A stretch of 64,000 nt of DNA. Source: Laetmonice hystrix. Its lineage: Eukaryota. The translations under genes and the position numbers were made by a program. The stretch lies in contig OZ249436.1 in assembly GCA_965235115.1 (NCBI GenBank), forward strand, positions 26,724,001 through 26,788,000, in the 5' to 3' direction. Numbering within the stretch: position 1 is the first letter of the stretch; the number at the start of each line of letters is the position of its first letter. The notes under the pieces are model-generated. The model was not told the DNA's origin and made no database searches. It saw nothing but the letters and a program-made list of their open reading frames with translations. This document shows, one piece after another, positions 13,170-25,520 of the stretch.

Positions 13170-13350
13170 GTAATGGAAAGGTAGGAGCTGGAATATAAGG
13201 CTTTTACCATATTCAGTTGGTAAAACGCACACACAATCTTTACTCGCATAGATGTGCCGCATTCCACCTGTTTCATTTTTAACTGTTTCCCACTCCAAAT
13301 TGCACCTTGTGGTCGCGAATGTAGACTCCTAAGAGCTTCTTTGAAGCTCG
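13170..13350 (-). pseudogene. RecQ-like helicase N-terminal fragment (probable AcademH transposon remnant)
   Basis: LKMKQVEC (frameshift) HIYASKDCVCVLPTEYGKSLIFQLLPF resembles RecQ motif 0/I (LPTGxGKSLxFQ) with G>E in Walker A; adjacent to Academ-type termini. Confidence 0.65.
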
Positions 13351-13979
13351 CCGTGTTGGAACTATGCAGCAGGGTGGTAGAACATGAGCGGTGATGTGGT
13401 CGATCCTCCTCACTTCGACGTTTTATACGTTTGTATCATAGGGCCTTATATACATCCGATATTTTTCCGGAGCCGGAAATGGCTTCAGAAGTTCCGATTG
13501 TCACTGACGGCCACCGGTCGGACATGTGCCCGCCTTCCCGTCCCTGTCAGTTTCTGCAAAATGTCGGCCTTTAAACATTGCCAGCGACCGGGTTGGTTGT
13601 TTCGTTTGATTGATTTTCGGACAGGCTTATGGATAAAGGCCTATCTTTGCCCTGGCTTTAACTCAAAACTGCACTGCGCCGAGTTGGTTGACATGATGTA
13701 TATTGCACGAGTCAAAAAAGGGAAGCGGGGGGGGGGGGGGCATAGATGGTCAGAGATTTCGACGCGTCTGGGAACTGAGCAACTAAGCAGTATGTTGCGG
13801 CGGGCCTGTTACCTACCTATATTAATCGATCTCTCGTTTTCACCCACAAAATTCTCTGATTTGATAAGTTGTCGTCATAATGATTTTTTTCACGTTTTAT
13901 TAATCAAAATATCCGCAGGGTTATCACGATTATCATATAAGACGTGACATAGAAGTTTTCCAGGACCATTCATCTCTTA

Positions 13980-14884
13980 TACCCTAGTCACACTAGAGGC
14001 GGAATGAGCCAGAATGCTGTCGGAATGAAAATTCTTGGTATATTCCTGGATATTCGAAGTGCATTCTAAAAGTTCTGACTGCATTCTGAGTGCATTCCAA
14101 ATATTCGGGCCCATTCTTGTGGCCCGCCCGAATGTTTTGCTCATGCTCAAAACTTTCGAGGTGCATTCGAAGGGGAAAAATATCGAACGGCATTCGAAGT
14201 GTATTCTAAATGCACTCTGACTGCATTCTAAATATTCTTACGGCATTCCAACAGCATTCGAAACGTTCTGATCGCATTCGAGGGAGAATCGAAACGGCAA
14301 GCCACTTCAAATCCTGCCAGAATGTCCCGAATGGGCCTCGAATGAGCCGGAATGCACCTCGAATGCATCTCGATTGCTGCCGGAATCTATACTCGGACAT
14401 TCGTGTTACATTCTAAGTACATTCGAAGTGCATTCTAAGTATTCGAGTTGCATTCTGTTTGAATTTTTGGACGTTCGAACCATACTCGGTGGCCATTCCG
14501 GGAGCGTTCTGACTGCATTTGAGGTGAATTCGTACAGCATTCGAGGCACCTTCCAACCAGACATCGGGCGGTATTCGGGCAGCAATCGAACCGCACTCGT
14601 ACGGCATTCGAGGTGCATTCTAAATATTCTGACTGCATTCTAACAATATTCTAAATATTCCTCCTGTGTTCCAACTACATTTGAGCTAATAACCCGGAAT
14701 GTACAAGAATCATTTGAGGCGGGTTCGAAGCGCATTCTAAGTATTCGAACGCCATTCTTACAAAGCTGTAAGAATTCTGGTCAATTTGAAATTCCCTCCC
14801 GAATGTGGCGCGAATTTTGAGAATTCTTAATTCCGGCTGGTTCTGCTTGATTCCTGCTGATGCCGAATAAGTGTGACGGGGGTA
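13980..14884. mobile_element. ~900-bp PIF/Harbinger-type MITE, copy 2 (intact ends)
   Basis: Imperfect 15-bp TIR TACCCTAGTCACACT / AGTGTGACGGGGGTA flanked by TTA on both sides (Harbinger-type TSD). Confidence 0.85.
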
Positions 14885-15510
14885 TTAGAGTGCCAGATTT
14901 TCTTGACGTCATGCATGTTCAGACATCCATTCATACACCATCCATACCGGGTAAATAATAAAACAAGTGCTCAGGGGCACACATGTCGCCTTCTAACCCT
15001 CACGTTTGCATCAATAGTGTCCCCCAATTCACGTAAAGTATTAGGAAAGTCATGAACACTTTATTACCTCATCAGTCCACACATTGATCCCTGATTGTCC
15101 CTGCCCCACGTCTCGTGATTAACCTATAAAGTTTAATGGAAAGACTGCATATTTCCACGTAAGACAAATGGGACAATCTTAGGTTATATCTAGTCCTGTC
15201 GTCCGAAATCGTCATTTCTAAATCGTATAACCTCGCCTTCGCCCCATGTCCCCGACCGGGTTAATCCAAAGGTTACCGGTAGATCACACTGTATCCTAGA
15301 ACTTTCCTAAATTTATTAACCCGAGATGTCTTTCGCAAAGCGTCCAGGAATCCGTAGCATCACAAACCCGTTACAAAACGTTCTCTCGTTTAAGCCTCTA
15401 AGATTTCCGTTCATGCACAAGGTCCTCTATCTTGGCGTGCAAGAGTTCGTCATCTTCGAACTCTGTGCCAACCGTCATCAGTTGCCACATTTGACGGCCA
15501 ACCATATAAT

Positions 15511-15938
15511 TATACTTGTCTCTGGGTGAGGCCCTTCATCCAAACATAACCACACATACTTGTCTCTGGGTGAGGCCCTTCATCCAAACATAACCACACA
15601 TATATACTTGTCTCTGGGTGAGGCCCTTCATCCAAACATAACCACACATATATACTTGTCTCTGGGTGAGGCCCTTCATCCAAACATAACCACACATATA
15701 TACTTGTCTCTGGGTGAGGCCCTTCATCCAAACATAACCACACATATATACTTGTCTCTGGGTGAGGCCCTTCATCCAAACATAACCACACATATATACT
15801 TGTCTCTGGGTGAGGCCCTTCATCCAAACATAACCACACATATATACTTGTCTCTGGGTGAGGCCCTTCATCCAAACATAACCACACATATATACTTGTC
15901 TCTGGGTGAGGCCCTTCATCCAAACATAACCACACATA
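15511..15938. repeat. 48-bp minisatellite x9, nearly identical units
   Basis: Unit TATATACTTGTCTCTGGGTGAGGCCCTTCATCCAAACATAACCACACA; one junction 4 nt shorter. Confidence 0.97.
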
Positions 15939-18843
15939 TTGGCGAGGCCGTCCGCTTGGGCAGCGCCAGAACGACTTGTTCATCTCGGGCAGACAAGACC
16001 ACCGTCGGCGTGTGAGCTTTCGGAAACAATCGCCAGATGGTCGGTCTGTGTTAGCCGAGCGATCCATCAGAGAGGGTCCACTGCAGCAATCTGTGCCGTG
16101 ACAGGGCTCCACGTGCCACTGTTGATCTGAGTGGGGAGGACGTCAACAATTGGATTATACAACTCCACTAATTCAACCACCCCGGCCGACGTGGTTAGTC
16201 TCTTTGAGTCGTCAGTCACGGGGAGACAGTACTTACAGACAGTAAGATGGTCGATTACTGCTTGGCGTATAGCTTGATATAGAGACAGTATTCATCATAC
16301 AGCATGATTGATATGTTAATGTGTAAGTACTCGTGGAAACTTCTTTTTCTTCTCGTTCTCCTTCTTCGTCATTTCTCAAAACTGCCTTAACCGCTAATAC
16401 AAAGAACATAAATGTACACTATACCATAATGCTCAGAAATATTATAGATTGTATAATATGAACTAAAGGTCGTATAATGATAGGTTTTTTTATTTCCTTG
16501 TGTCCTTTATTTACATGCGTACCCTAACTTGAACTGTAGGAAATAAAACAGGATGTGGACAAAAGTTTAATAAATTATTCAGTGGCGTACCCAGAGGGGG
16601 GTGCTTGGGGTCAGCACCCCCTCAATTTGCCAATTCTTTTGGTGTCTTGTGTATATACCTTTTTTTGTGTCGTTGTCAAGATATCACTGGACACTGGATG
16701 GCATCATTGTCCTAGGTCACCATATATAATGTCGTGGGCAAGCATGCCTGGAGTTATGTATGCATGGCGCGCATACATATTACATGTCGCTTGCAGGCAA
16801 TGTTAGTGATTATATAAAACGATGGCACCAACACGTGGGTGGCAGGACCAGGTTTCTATAGCTGGCGAAGATCATATGACCGGAGATCGGAAATGAATGC
16901 CAAATTTGACCCAACACTCTTCAAATATCGTTCCCATGAAAGGTCCCCACTTCATGAATAATTTAGAAGTTGGAGCGACAGGGTTGAGACCTGCGAGCAA
17001 AGCATATTTATATCGCATATAAATATGCAGCTATGGACGTGCTACTCTCTCCGGCCGGCCTTTGAAAGAACCAATATTGATGACATTCCGTAAATCCGTT
17101 TTCCAATTACAGGTCCTGCAGAAAGACAGTGCGTGCCAGAGTTGATGCGCATATGACACTTACTCCGCCCCGGGCTGGCCTTTGATCGTCATATCTGTTG
17201 TCGAATCTTGAACTGCAATGAAGGATGGAACTCGGGAGCATTAATCAGATTAAATTTTCCAGGCCACGTCAACGGTATGAAAGGCAACGGCGGATACGAG
17301 CCTAGACGCCAGCATTCTGTGGCTGGAATGTGTGGCATGGCGGGTAATGAAATAGTAATGAGACTGGGAAGTTAGAGTGATCTATTGTGCGCTTCTTTTG
17401 GATGCCATAAAGTTATATGTATACCTCGACATTGCATGGACGGACCCTAATGTAGGTGTACTGTTAGGAACATTAAAATATTGCTCATAATAATGAAGCA
17501 GTATTAAGGGGTCCGACATATTTGGTGGAGGTTTGTGCCATAAAATAAAAAGATATTAGCGGATGGGATCCTTGGAAAGTTTGAGATTTATATTTGAGGA
17601 TTAGAATGTATATTGGAAGCAAAAATAAGTTGATATGTTACGATGATGTATGTGAAGACGGTTTTGTGTCTTTTTTTGCAGTTATATTACTCCATGACAA
17701 CCCCTTTTTACGTAGCAAACAGACGTCCAGGGCATTAACCATCTTCTGTGGAGCAATTCTGACTTATAATTTGGTGTATTTGGTTGCTGGTGCAATTCAA
17801 GCCCGCGTTCGATATAATTATTATGTATCTAAATTAAATGCTCAACTGTTTTCCTACCTACGTTCGGCCTTCCTCTCCCTCGCTCTTTCGTCTTTTCCCA
17901 CAGCCTTCGGATACTGTCATACACGCCACAGTCGCCATAGAAAAGTGGCAAAGTGCCAGGTCCTAGAATACTGGTTATGTATAGATATTGTGTCCACTTT
18001 TTTCCTATTCGGTTCTACTGGAATATCGTGTTGGTTAGTATAGGGTTTAGGAGTGACACGTTTTCCGATATTTTTTTACGTGATTTCCGCTTAAACCCAT
18101 GCATTGGAAATTTACACGTCAGTTATATCTGAGAATATGAGTGAGGTTATACCATGGATAACTGCTTAGGTAGGCTGAGTGTCGGTATGTGGGGATTTAC
18201 AAGGGGGAATTGCGGGCAGTGGGGAGGGGGGCATCAGTTGCGCTTTAAGGATTATAAGCACGTTCTTTATAAGGACGTGATGTACGTCAATGCATGTTCC
18301 CTGCAGCGTCAGCCAATACAAGTCTGATTAGGCCAGTAAGACGCTTTTTGAGAGCCGATTAAGGTAATTTCAATTTTATGCTCCGAAGATGGCGGACAAT
18401 TTCCCGTTGGCCTCTTGCGCCGGCTGCAAATTACAAGGTCGGCGACCTTGGGCAACCTTCCATGTATGTATAGTAAAGGTACGACTAATTAGGGCAAGAA
18501 TGGCCATCCTTGCTCATGTGGATGAAGAGACCCGTCCCAGCTGCAGTAAGTTATATAAGGCCCGGAGATAACAAAATCCATTCTCATGGCTTCCCTCCAT
18601 CACGTGCATGAATGACCTTTAGCTTTTTCTCCCAGATGATGAAGGGCAAGTTTCAATTTGTAAGACGGCTTTGATTGATTGATTGAGAAACCTACTGTTG
18701 ATTGAGAAACCTACTGTAACAACATTTCATAATATATCAATTCAGGTTATGCAGGTTGGCCATTTTTCCTTTGAAATACCTATTTTAAAGCCGCCTTGGG
18801 ATTATCTCGAGTGTTTTTCAAGACTCTTTCGGGACTCGATCCT

Positions 18844-21084
18844 TCAAGTGTTCGGTTCTTGGAACTGCAGACTGCCGTCGGCCGAGTATAAATCGAGACA
18901 GTCGTGCCTGCCTGGAACGGGGCAAGGTGTGAACTGGGATGGCACGTACTCGTCCCAACCGCTGTACTTGCCCAGCGAGATCCAATGCTGAGCGTGACGG
19001 TATATCTCCTGTCCATACCGATTCCGGACGTGCAGCCCCGGGTTCCTGGGCGACCTCACCCACATCCCATCAAAGAACACCCGGGTCGGGGTGACGCCCC
19101 GGCCGAGCAAGGTCTCCGAGTCGGTTCTATGGTACCCGTAAACCTCTATAGTCCATGGGGTGTACGTCCCGCGTACAGTGAACACCCCACCGGCCATGCG
19201 ATCCTCCACACAACACCGGGGGCGGCCCGACACCTGGATCGTGTACCCGCTCGCCTCAAATACCTCCTTCAGGTCGGCCAAGGCGCTGAAGTTGGAAGAC
19301 AAGAACGTGATATCGCCATCTCTTTCCCACGGCAACACCTTTCCCATCTTAACCGCACCCAGTAGGGTGCCTTCCTGAAGTTCACAGATGATGTGATGTT
19401 CTTCACAAGTGGTCATGAGGAACTTTATTTGCCGAGCCAGAGACTCGAGGCAGCAAGGGGGAACGGCCAGGCCTGTCGTGAAAGCACAGTCCATCCGGAT
19501 GTCGCTACAGGAAAACACATGGAGTTGGCCACTGGAAAGGCGGATCCTGTTCAGACGCCATTTTGTTGCTATGACAGCCCATGTGGACTTGTGATATAAC
19601 TGGCCGTCTGAATAACGAACGTGGAAGAGAACGTCGGGGCAGACGACCGACTCGATGCCGTGTTTGGAGAGGTTCAAAAAGTAGTCCTCGAACAGTGTGG
19701 ACGTTGGGATTATTTCGTCTAATGGATGAGATTTGAGGAGGGCGGTGCGCGCCACAAATGGACCTTCGACGTGATCACAGTAAAGACATTCTTGCCATGA
19801 TCGGCGGTAGCCGTGCCGGTAGGAAAGGGTGTAATTTTGGTGGTGTAGCTGGTGACAGCCGATAGACCAGCGGCCGTCCGACGTCCTGCTGGCGCCGCCA
19901 GCCAGCCCGACCTCCTGGGCCGAGACGGTTCGCACCAGTCTCTCCAGCCGGCCGTCCGAGTCAAAGTGCACCAATTGACGGCCGATGAAAGCGTAAGGCG
20001 TGGTCACCCGAGCCAGTAGCGCATTCCATATGGCCGCCGGTCGATAAGCCGTGTCCTCGATGTCCATCCGGAGCGCCCTGGCCAGGTCCGCCCCGACCAC
20101 CTCGCCTTGCCTCACGGCCATCACAATTGCCACTTTAGGGTAGACGCTGCGAACGTGACGCAGCAGTTGTGATATATCGAGTGTGAAATGTGCCGGGTAA
20201 TCGACGAAATTGAACACTAGAGTGAGCAACTGACTGAGAGGTGTTTCATTTTCGCACGGTTCCACCACGAATCCTTTCTCGTAGAAAGGGTAGCCAAAGA
20301 GAGTCCCTCGGAATATTTCCGGACAAAATACTTCCTTGGTTTGATTTTGACGCCGAGTGGTAGACTTAGTGTGATCCGGACCACTTGGGAAATTGTTGTC
20401 AGCCACTTTAGTTTTCCTTGCAACCGGGGCAGACATTTTCGTCAGCGATGAAAATGATGAAATCAACCCTTCCACCACCATTATGCCCGTCTCTATACGG
20501 AGCCTCACTCCCTTCGATGTCTTTGTTTTGTTCATCTCTTGCTTCAGGTTTTCCAACAGACTTACAATGTACTTGAGTTTTGTGGTTGCATTCTCCATCT
20601 TGGTGAAGACGTCCAACTTGGACCACACTGGCCTCCCGGCATCCTGAACGTACCTGGGGGACACATACGGCCCGGTCTGTCGCTCCTTGTCGGCGTAGAA
20701 GTTAACGTGTCGCCCTGTCTTGGCTGCCTTGAGCGTGAAGGATTCATGAACGGTTGCCTTTGTTGGTTGGGAAAAGGAGCGACTTTTACTGCAGTTACAC
20801 TTTACGTGGTGTGAGGGAGAGACATCAGCAGTATCTGGAACATGCCTTCCTTGTCTCCCATGGTTATTGGACGGCAGTGTCCGAGCTGCCTTGCCTAGGT
20901 GTGCTGATGGTATGGTCGTCCCTTCCTCAATGTAGCGGGAAATCCGATTAAATGGTGGATAACCCGGTCCGTTAGTTTCGGAAAGTTTATCCAGAGAGAG
21001 AAGCAGATAGATAAAGGTAAGAGCAGCAGATAAGATAAGAAGTAAGAGTGCCCTTCCGATTGTGCTCTTCGTAATTAACCCCAT
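18844..21084 (-). CDS. FKRP: Fukutin-related protein-like (LicD nucleotidyltransferase family) type II membrane protein, 746 aa, single coding exon
   Basis: N-terminal TM helix (ALLLLILSAALTFIYLLLSL), GT-A-like stem (WNALLARVTTPY, CLYCDHVEGPF), Cys cluster VPPCCLESL, LicD motif EGTLLGAVKMGKVLPWERDGDI, C-terminal PRNPG..VRNRYG; acceptor upstream (exon starts 21202). Family membership is secure; strict orthology is not established. Confidence 0.9.
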   Translation of the reverse strand: MGLITKSTIGRALLLLILSAALTFIYLLLSLDKLSETNGPGYPPFNRISRYIEEGTTIPSAHLGKAARTLPSNNHGRQGRHVPDTADVSPSHHVKCNCSKSRSFSQPTKATVHESFTLKAAKTGRHVNFYADKERQTGPYVSPRYVQDAGRPVWSKLDVFTKMENATTKLKYIVSLLENLKQEMNKTKTSKGVRLRIETGIMVVEGLISSFSSLTKMSAPVARKTKVADNNFPSGPDHTKSTTRRQNQTKEVFCPEIFRGTLFGYPFYEKGFVVEPCENETPLSQLLTLVFNFVDYPAHFTLDISQLLRHVRSVYPKVAIVMAVRQGEVVGADLARALRMDIEDTAYRPAAIWNALLARVTTPYAFIGRQLVHFDSDGRLERLVRTVSAQEVGLAGGASRTSDGRWSIGCHQLHHQNYTLSYRHGYRRSWQECLYCDHVEGPFVARTALLKSHPLDEIIPTSTLFEDYFLNLSKHGIESVVCPDVLFHVRYSDGQLYHKSTWAVIATKWRLNRIRLSSGQLHVFSCSDIRMDCAFTTGLAVPPCCLESLARQIKFLMTTCEEHHIICELQEGTLLGAVKMGKVLPWERDGDITFLSSNFSALADLKEVFEASGYTIQVSGRPRCCVEDRMAGGVFTVRGTYTPWTIEVYGYHRTDSETLLGRGVTPTRVFFDGMWVRSPRNPGLHVRNRYGQEIYRHAQHWISLGKYSGWDEYVPSQFTPCPVPGRHDCLDLYSADGSLQFQEPNT

Positions 21085-21947
21085 ATTTCAGATCTTCAGC
21101 GGCGAGTTACAGAAGTGGTCTCGGCACTCGGGGGGGGGGGGGGGTTTCCCCGGCCATATTTCCGTCAGTATATCCCTCGGGGTCCTGTATACCCCACGTC
21201 AGCTGCAATAACAAAATTTACATTCATAAATATATCCGTGCAAAACACATCATAAGTAAATATTTAATAAAGGGGTAGTAATCTGTAATATTGTCTACAC
21301 ACCTGTTTATCTCCAAGAATGTCAATGTAGATTTTGTCATCTTCATGTCAGTAAAATGCAATATTATTTACACTATGATATATTTAACGATTATGATTTA
21401 CTTAGGAATGCTAGCATGCCGTTGAGAAACTGTCGCAAATTTTTATGCTGAGGTTTATTTATTTATTAATTGCTCACGTCTGACGCATAAAGCAATTCTC
21501 AGTGCCACATCATTCCTAATAACCAAAAATGGAACAGACTTCAATGGATGACGAATTTTACGTCTCAAACTGTATTTCAAGAGATAGTTGCTGACATTGG
21601 GTTTTCCAGAATGATTAGTAATTAGTATAACTTTCTAGTGAACGCAGGTGCTTTCACCTTCGCAGCTGTTTAATTAGTCACGGATAAAGAAAGGATATTG
21701 GTAGATTGGAAGTCCTTCCAATGGTCCAACATCCTATAATGGACCCTGTGCCTCGGTAATTGTTGGTATGAACAGATGGAAGTTGTCTTAATGCAATGAG
21801 CAATTAAACATTGTGTCTACTCTAATCCAGGTCGTGTGTGCTCCTCACCAGCACGTTTACAGTGAGTAAGCATTGTTAGTTTTCATTATTCATGTCTGTT
21901 CAGTATGCATGCAATGCTTCAGGTAAAAAAATATTTGGTAGAGTCAC

Positions 21948-22109
21948 CTTATTTCAATCATGGACGGACAAAGTGAGTATTTAAGTAACGTTGAAAGGAA
22001 TTCACCATTTTGGTTCTCCTTTGTCGATATTATGACGGGTGCCTCGTTAGGAAGCACCTCGCGTGAGTTCATGGAACAAGACATGGCTTCACGTGCTACC
22101 TTTGACCAC
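21948..22109 (-). other. Candidate 5' UTR exon of the FKRP-like gene
   Basis: Acceptor ..GTACTCAG|GTGGTC and donor ATAAG|GTGACT on the minus strand between promoter and coding exon. Confidence 0.35.
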
Positions 22110-23651
22110 CTGAGTACACTACACAAACTTTGCATATGTCATAAATTCAATTTAATCTTTAATCGATGCTCAACGGCGACGGGGAGGTTCGAAAAGAGAA
22201 CGCGGTCCGTCTATATGTCCCCCTCCGTCTTGCCGCGTGGTCTCCGTAAATAATAAATCAATTCGGAGATCGGAGGATGGGAGACGGTGGAAGTAGCAGC
22301 ATGAATCAAGCTAATTACGAGTAACGTGAGAAGGGGTAATGATGACAAACGTGATGGGAACGCATGATGGATGTCGGCATGATGGAATGTTTCGGTGATA
22401 AACGCCGTGGTTGGCGCGCTTTCAACCCAACCCACGTGGCTGGACGCCGGTCCGGTGGCACCCGCTTCTTCTGCTGACAAAATGGGTGTCACGCTAGCGA
22501 GCAGGGGGCGGTCATGAAGGAATGCTCTACGAGAGATGTTACCATGGTTGGCAGTTGGGCCACAACCGTCTTTTTCCGACACGTGTGTAAGGGGGGGGGG
22601 GGGCGAGAAACATGAGTGAAGGTTACATTGACTTGTTTACAAAGCCATATACCACTTTGATTATGATGTTGTAGCAGAAAGTCTTAGTGCCGCAGAGAGT
22701 TCAGTTCAATGAAGTTAGCTGAGATGGAGTTTTCTTTTTTTTTGGAGGAGGGGGGGGGGGCGACAGCTAAGTCCCTATCGAGGCGGTCGGTCGCATTGGT
22801 GGAGGATAATTGCTAGGAAAGTCGGAGATTCTTATAACCTCATTCCCCTCAAATTATCACTTGGCACATAATACTCCGATCCTGCATCTTCCAGCTTCTA
22901 TTCTGCGATAAAAGTGAGGTATGAGATATAAATGGACAACTCGGCCACGCGGAGGTATTCCGCTCTCAATACGCCGAAGTTGTGTTGGTTGGAAACGTTG
23001 AATTTCCTATTTCCCGATTACCTATCACCCTGCCTGACAGTGCCATTCAGAGGCATGACTTTGGTGAACAAAAAGTAACATAATTCATGAATCCATTGAC
23101 CAATCAGGATGAAATAATGACTACTATTCTTGAAAAAAGAGATTGCCTATAATATATAAGCTCGCAAATGTGACAGGTGTCCAAATATGGCTAGGGGGAC
23201 ACCCCGTAGAAGCCATTACAATCATCTCAAACGTACATACGAAAACCACGGTAAGCGTTAACATCCGATGCCGACTGAACTTGTGAAGGAATGGCGCGCC
23301 CAGGCCAATCAGGAGAGGTGCAGTTCAACCCCGATGTTATGGTCTGACCGTGGAGAGACGTGTGGGCATGGGAGCTGAACCGTGTTCGACCGGGGCAAGC
23401 ACCCTCCTACACGAGTACGAACACGGCCACTGAACACCAGAGGAATGCGGAAAATGATAATAACCTAATTTATGGACACAGACAGCGGTCAACACACATC
23501 AGATACATCTTCATTACGAACTAAGGTAAATCAGATCAGGAGCCAATCCGTTTAAGTTACACGTTGACGCTCAATCACGACCGAGCACACATGGCTACTG
23601 TCCGAGTTCATTTGTCTTCGGCTTTGAGCGCATGGCGGTCCAGCTGCCTAC

Positions 23652-23745
23652 CTCTGTGCTGCCGACGTACAGTATGTACGGTGGCGGGCGAGTCGCGTCA
23701 TTCCGCCTTGACGTGACGTCATCTGGTGCACCACCCGGAAAACGT
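23652..23745 (-). promoter_or_regulatory. Probable promoter and first non-coding exon of the FKRP-like gene
   Basis: CpG-rich patch with full CRE TGACGTCA (23714-23721) overlapping a second TGACG, ETS-like CCGGAA, and minus-strand donor CAGAG|GTAGGC at 23652/23651. Confidence 0.5.
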
Positions 23746-24863
23746 CGATGTCGGTGCTGTGCTACTTTCGAAGATGTCAACAAGCTAACTCACCAAAAAG
23801 CACCGTTCATATTCTTACGATATAGGCCCAGAAGGAGAGTCCCAGTGCAGTGGCGTAACTAGTTTTTTTTTTTTTGCTTTGACGGGGGGGGGGGGCAAGA
23901 TCGAGGGGGCAGAGTTGAAAATTTGGGGGCGGGGGCAAATGAAATTACATGTAATAGCGCGAAGCGCAAATCCAACCGTGTAGGTGTTGGGGGGGGGGGT
24001 GGCAGCCCCCCCCCCCGCCGGTTACGCCCTTGCATGGAGAGTCCAATATCTAGCTATACTACTTCTGCTTAATAGGTTGGTTTGTGTTCACAAACACAAT
24101 ATGCAAGGTTAATTAAAGCACTATAGTCAGGATATGAAAAACTAAATGCTTAACTAGTTTACATATCATCTCAGCATGTCAAGGCCTTATATACAACATA
24201 AGTCTAGATACTTGACAGGTGTGTACCAAAGGGAAAGATAATTAAAGACCTACACTGCACGAGATGGAAATTGCATGAAATCCTGCATGATGTGTTTGGT
24301 ATAGCAATTCATCATCAGTAGGCCTGTGTGACGTTTCTCATTAATTACTGTTCCCAATGTTCAACCTGACTCTTTGAAAAACTGGCTGGCCATGACAGTG
24401 ATTGATTTCAGTCCGTATTCAGATCGGTATGGTGAGACTCATACATAAATACGTTTGGTTGGGTGATATGACATGTATGTCGTATCCAATCCCAAACGAA
24501 AATCAAAGCCTATAGCATTACGACTGGCTGAATCCCGAAAACGATTTCACTTCAATGAGAACAGAAATAATAGTGGTCCAGTGGCGTCGGTTACCTAAGA
24601 AATATCTGTAAAATATCGACTGGTCCATTCTGAGATGATGTCCTTCACGATCACATGTCGGGACGTGTGATCAATTACTATCTGAGAAGCCCGAGTCTCA
24701 TTAGCCTGCTGAGCCCAATGTCGTCCATTTCAAGGGTGAGTCAGTGCGAGTTTCGTCCTTCAGGCAGTTTCTGTTCAGGTTTTGATGTAATGAGGACTTA
24801 CTTCAAATCGACATATATTCTGGCCTCATAACACGTAGAAAGAAAACTTTGTCCCTTCAAACT

Positions 24864-25520
24864 TGAATTTGAATACGTTTGATGTCCCTTTTCCCGGGAA
24901 TTTGAATACGTTTTGATGTTCCCTCCCCAGGAATTTGAAAACGTTTCGATGTTCCCTCCCCGGGAATTTGAAAACGTTTTCATGTTCCCTCTCCGGGAAT
25001 TTGAAAACGTTTTGATGTCCCTTTCCCCGGAATTTGAAAACGTTTTGATGTTCCCTCCTCGGCAATTTGAAAACGTTTTGATGTTCCCTCCCCGGGAATT
25101 TGTAAACGTTTTGATGTTCCCTCCCCCGGAATTTGAAAACGTTTTGATGTCCCTCTCCCCGGAATTTAAAAACGTTTTGATGTTCCCTCCCCGGGAATTT
25201 GAAAACGTTTTGATGTCCCTTTCCCCGGAATTTGAAAACGTTTTGATGTTCCCTCCTCGGCAATTTGAAAACGTTTTGATGTTCCCTCCTCGGAAATTTG
25301 AAAACGTTTTGATGTTCCCTCCCCCGGAATTTGAAAACGTTTTGATGTTCCCTCCCCCGGAATTTGAAAACGTTTTGATGTCCCTCTCCCCGGAATTTAA
25401 AAACGTTTTGATGTTCCCTCCCCGGGAATTTGAAAACGTTTGATGTTCCTCCTCGGGAATTTGAAAACGTTTTGATGTTCCCTCCCCCGAATTTGAAACG
25501 TTTTGATGTTCCCTCCCCTG
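24864..25520. repeat. 30-bp minisatellite x~22
   Basis: Unit ~GAATTTGAAAACGTTTTGATGTTCCCTCCCCG; related degenerate units at 26245-26494 ending in ..TTACACCGG suggest a transposon subterminal array. Confidence 0.95.

Noticed and set aside
15425..15480. SECIS element (ATGA...AA...GA hairpin on minus)
   Set aside because: 18 nt separate ATGA from the apical AA rather than ~11-12, and no linked Sec codon was identified
15511..15938. Regular 48-bp repeats as a CRISPR array
   Set aside because: Units are contiguous and identical with no unique spacers; eukaryotic context with no cas genes
18904..20951. Plus-strand and alternate-frame ORFs overlapping the FKRP-like CDS
   Set aside because: Shadow ORFs of a GC-rich coding exon
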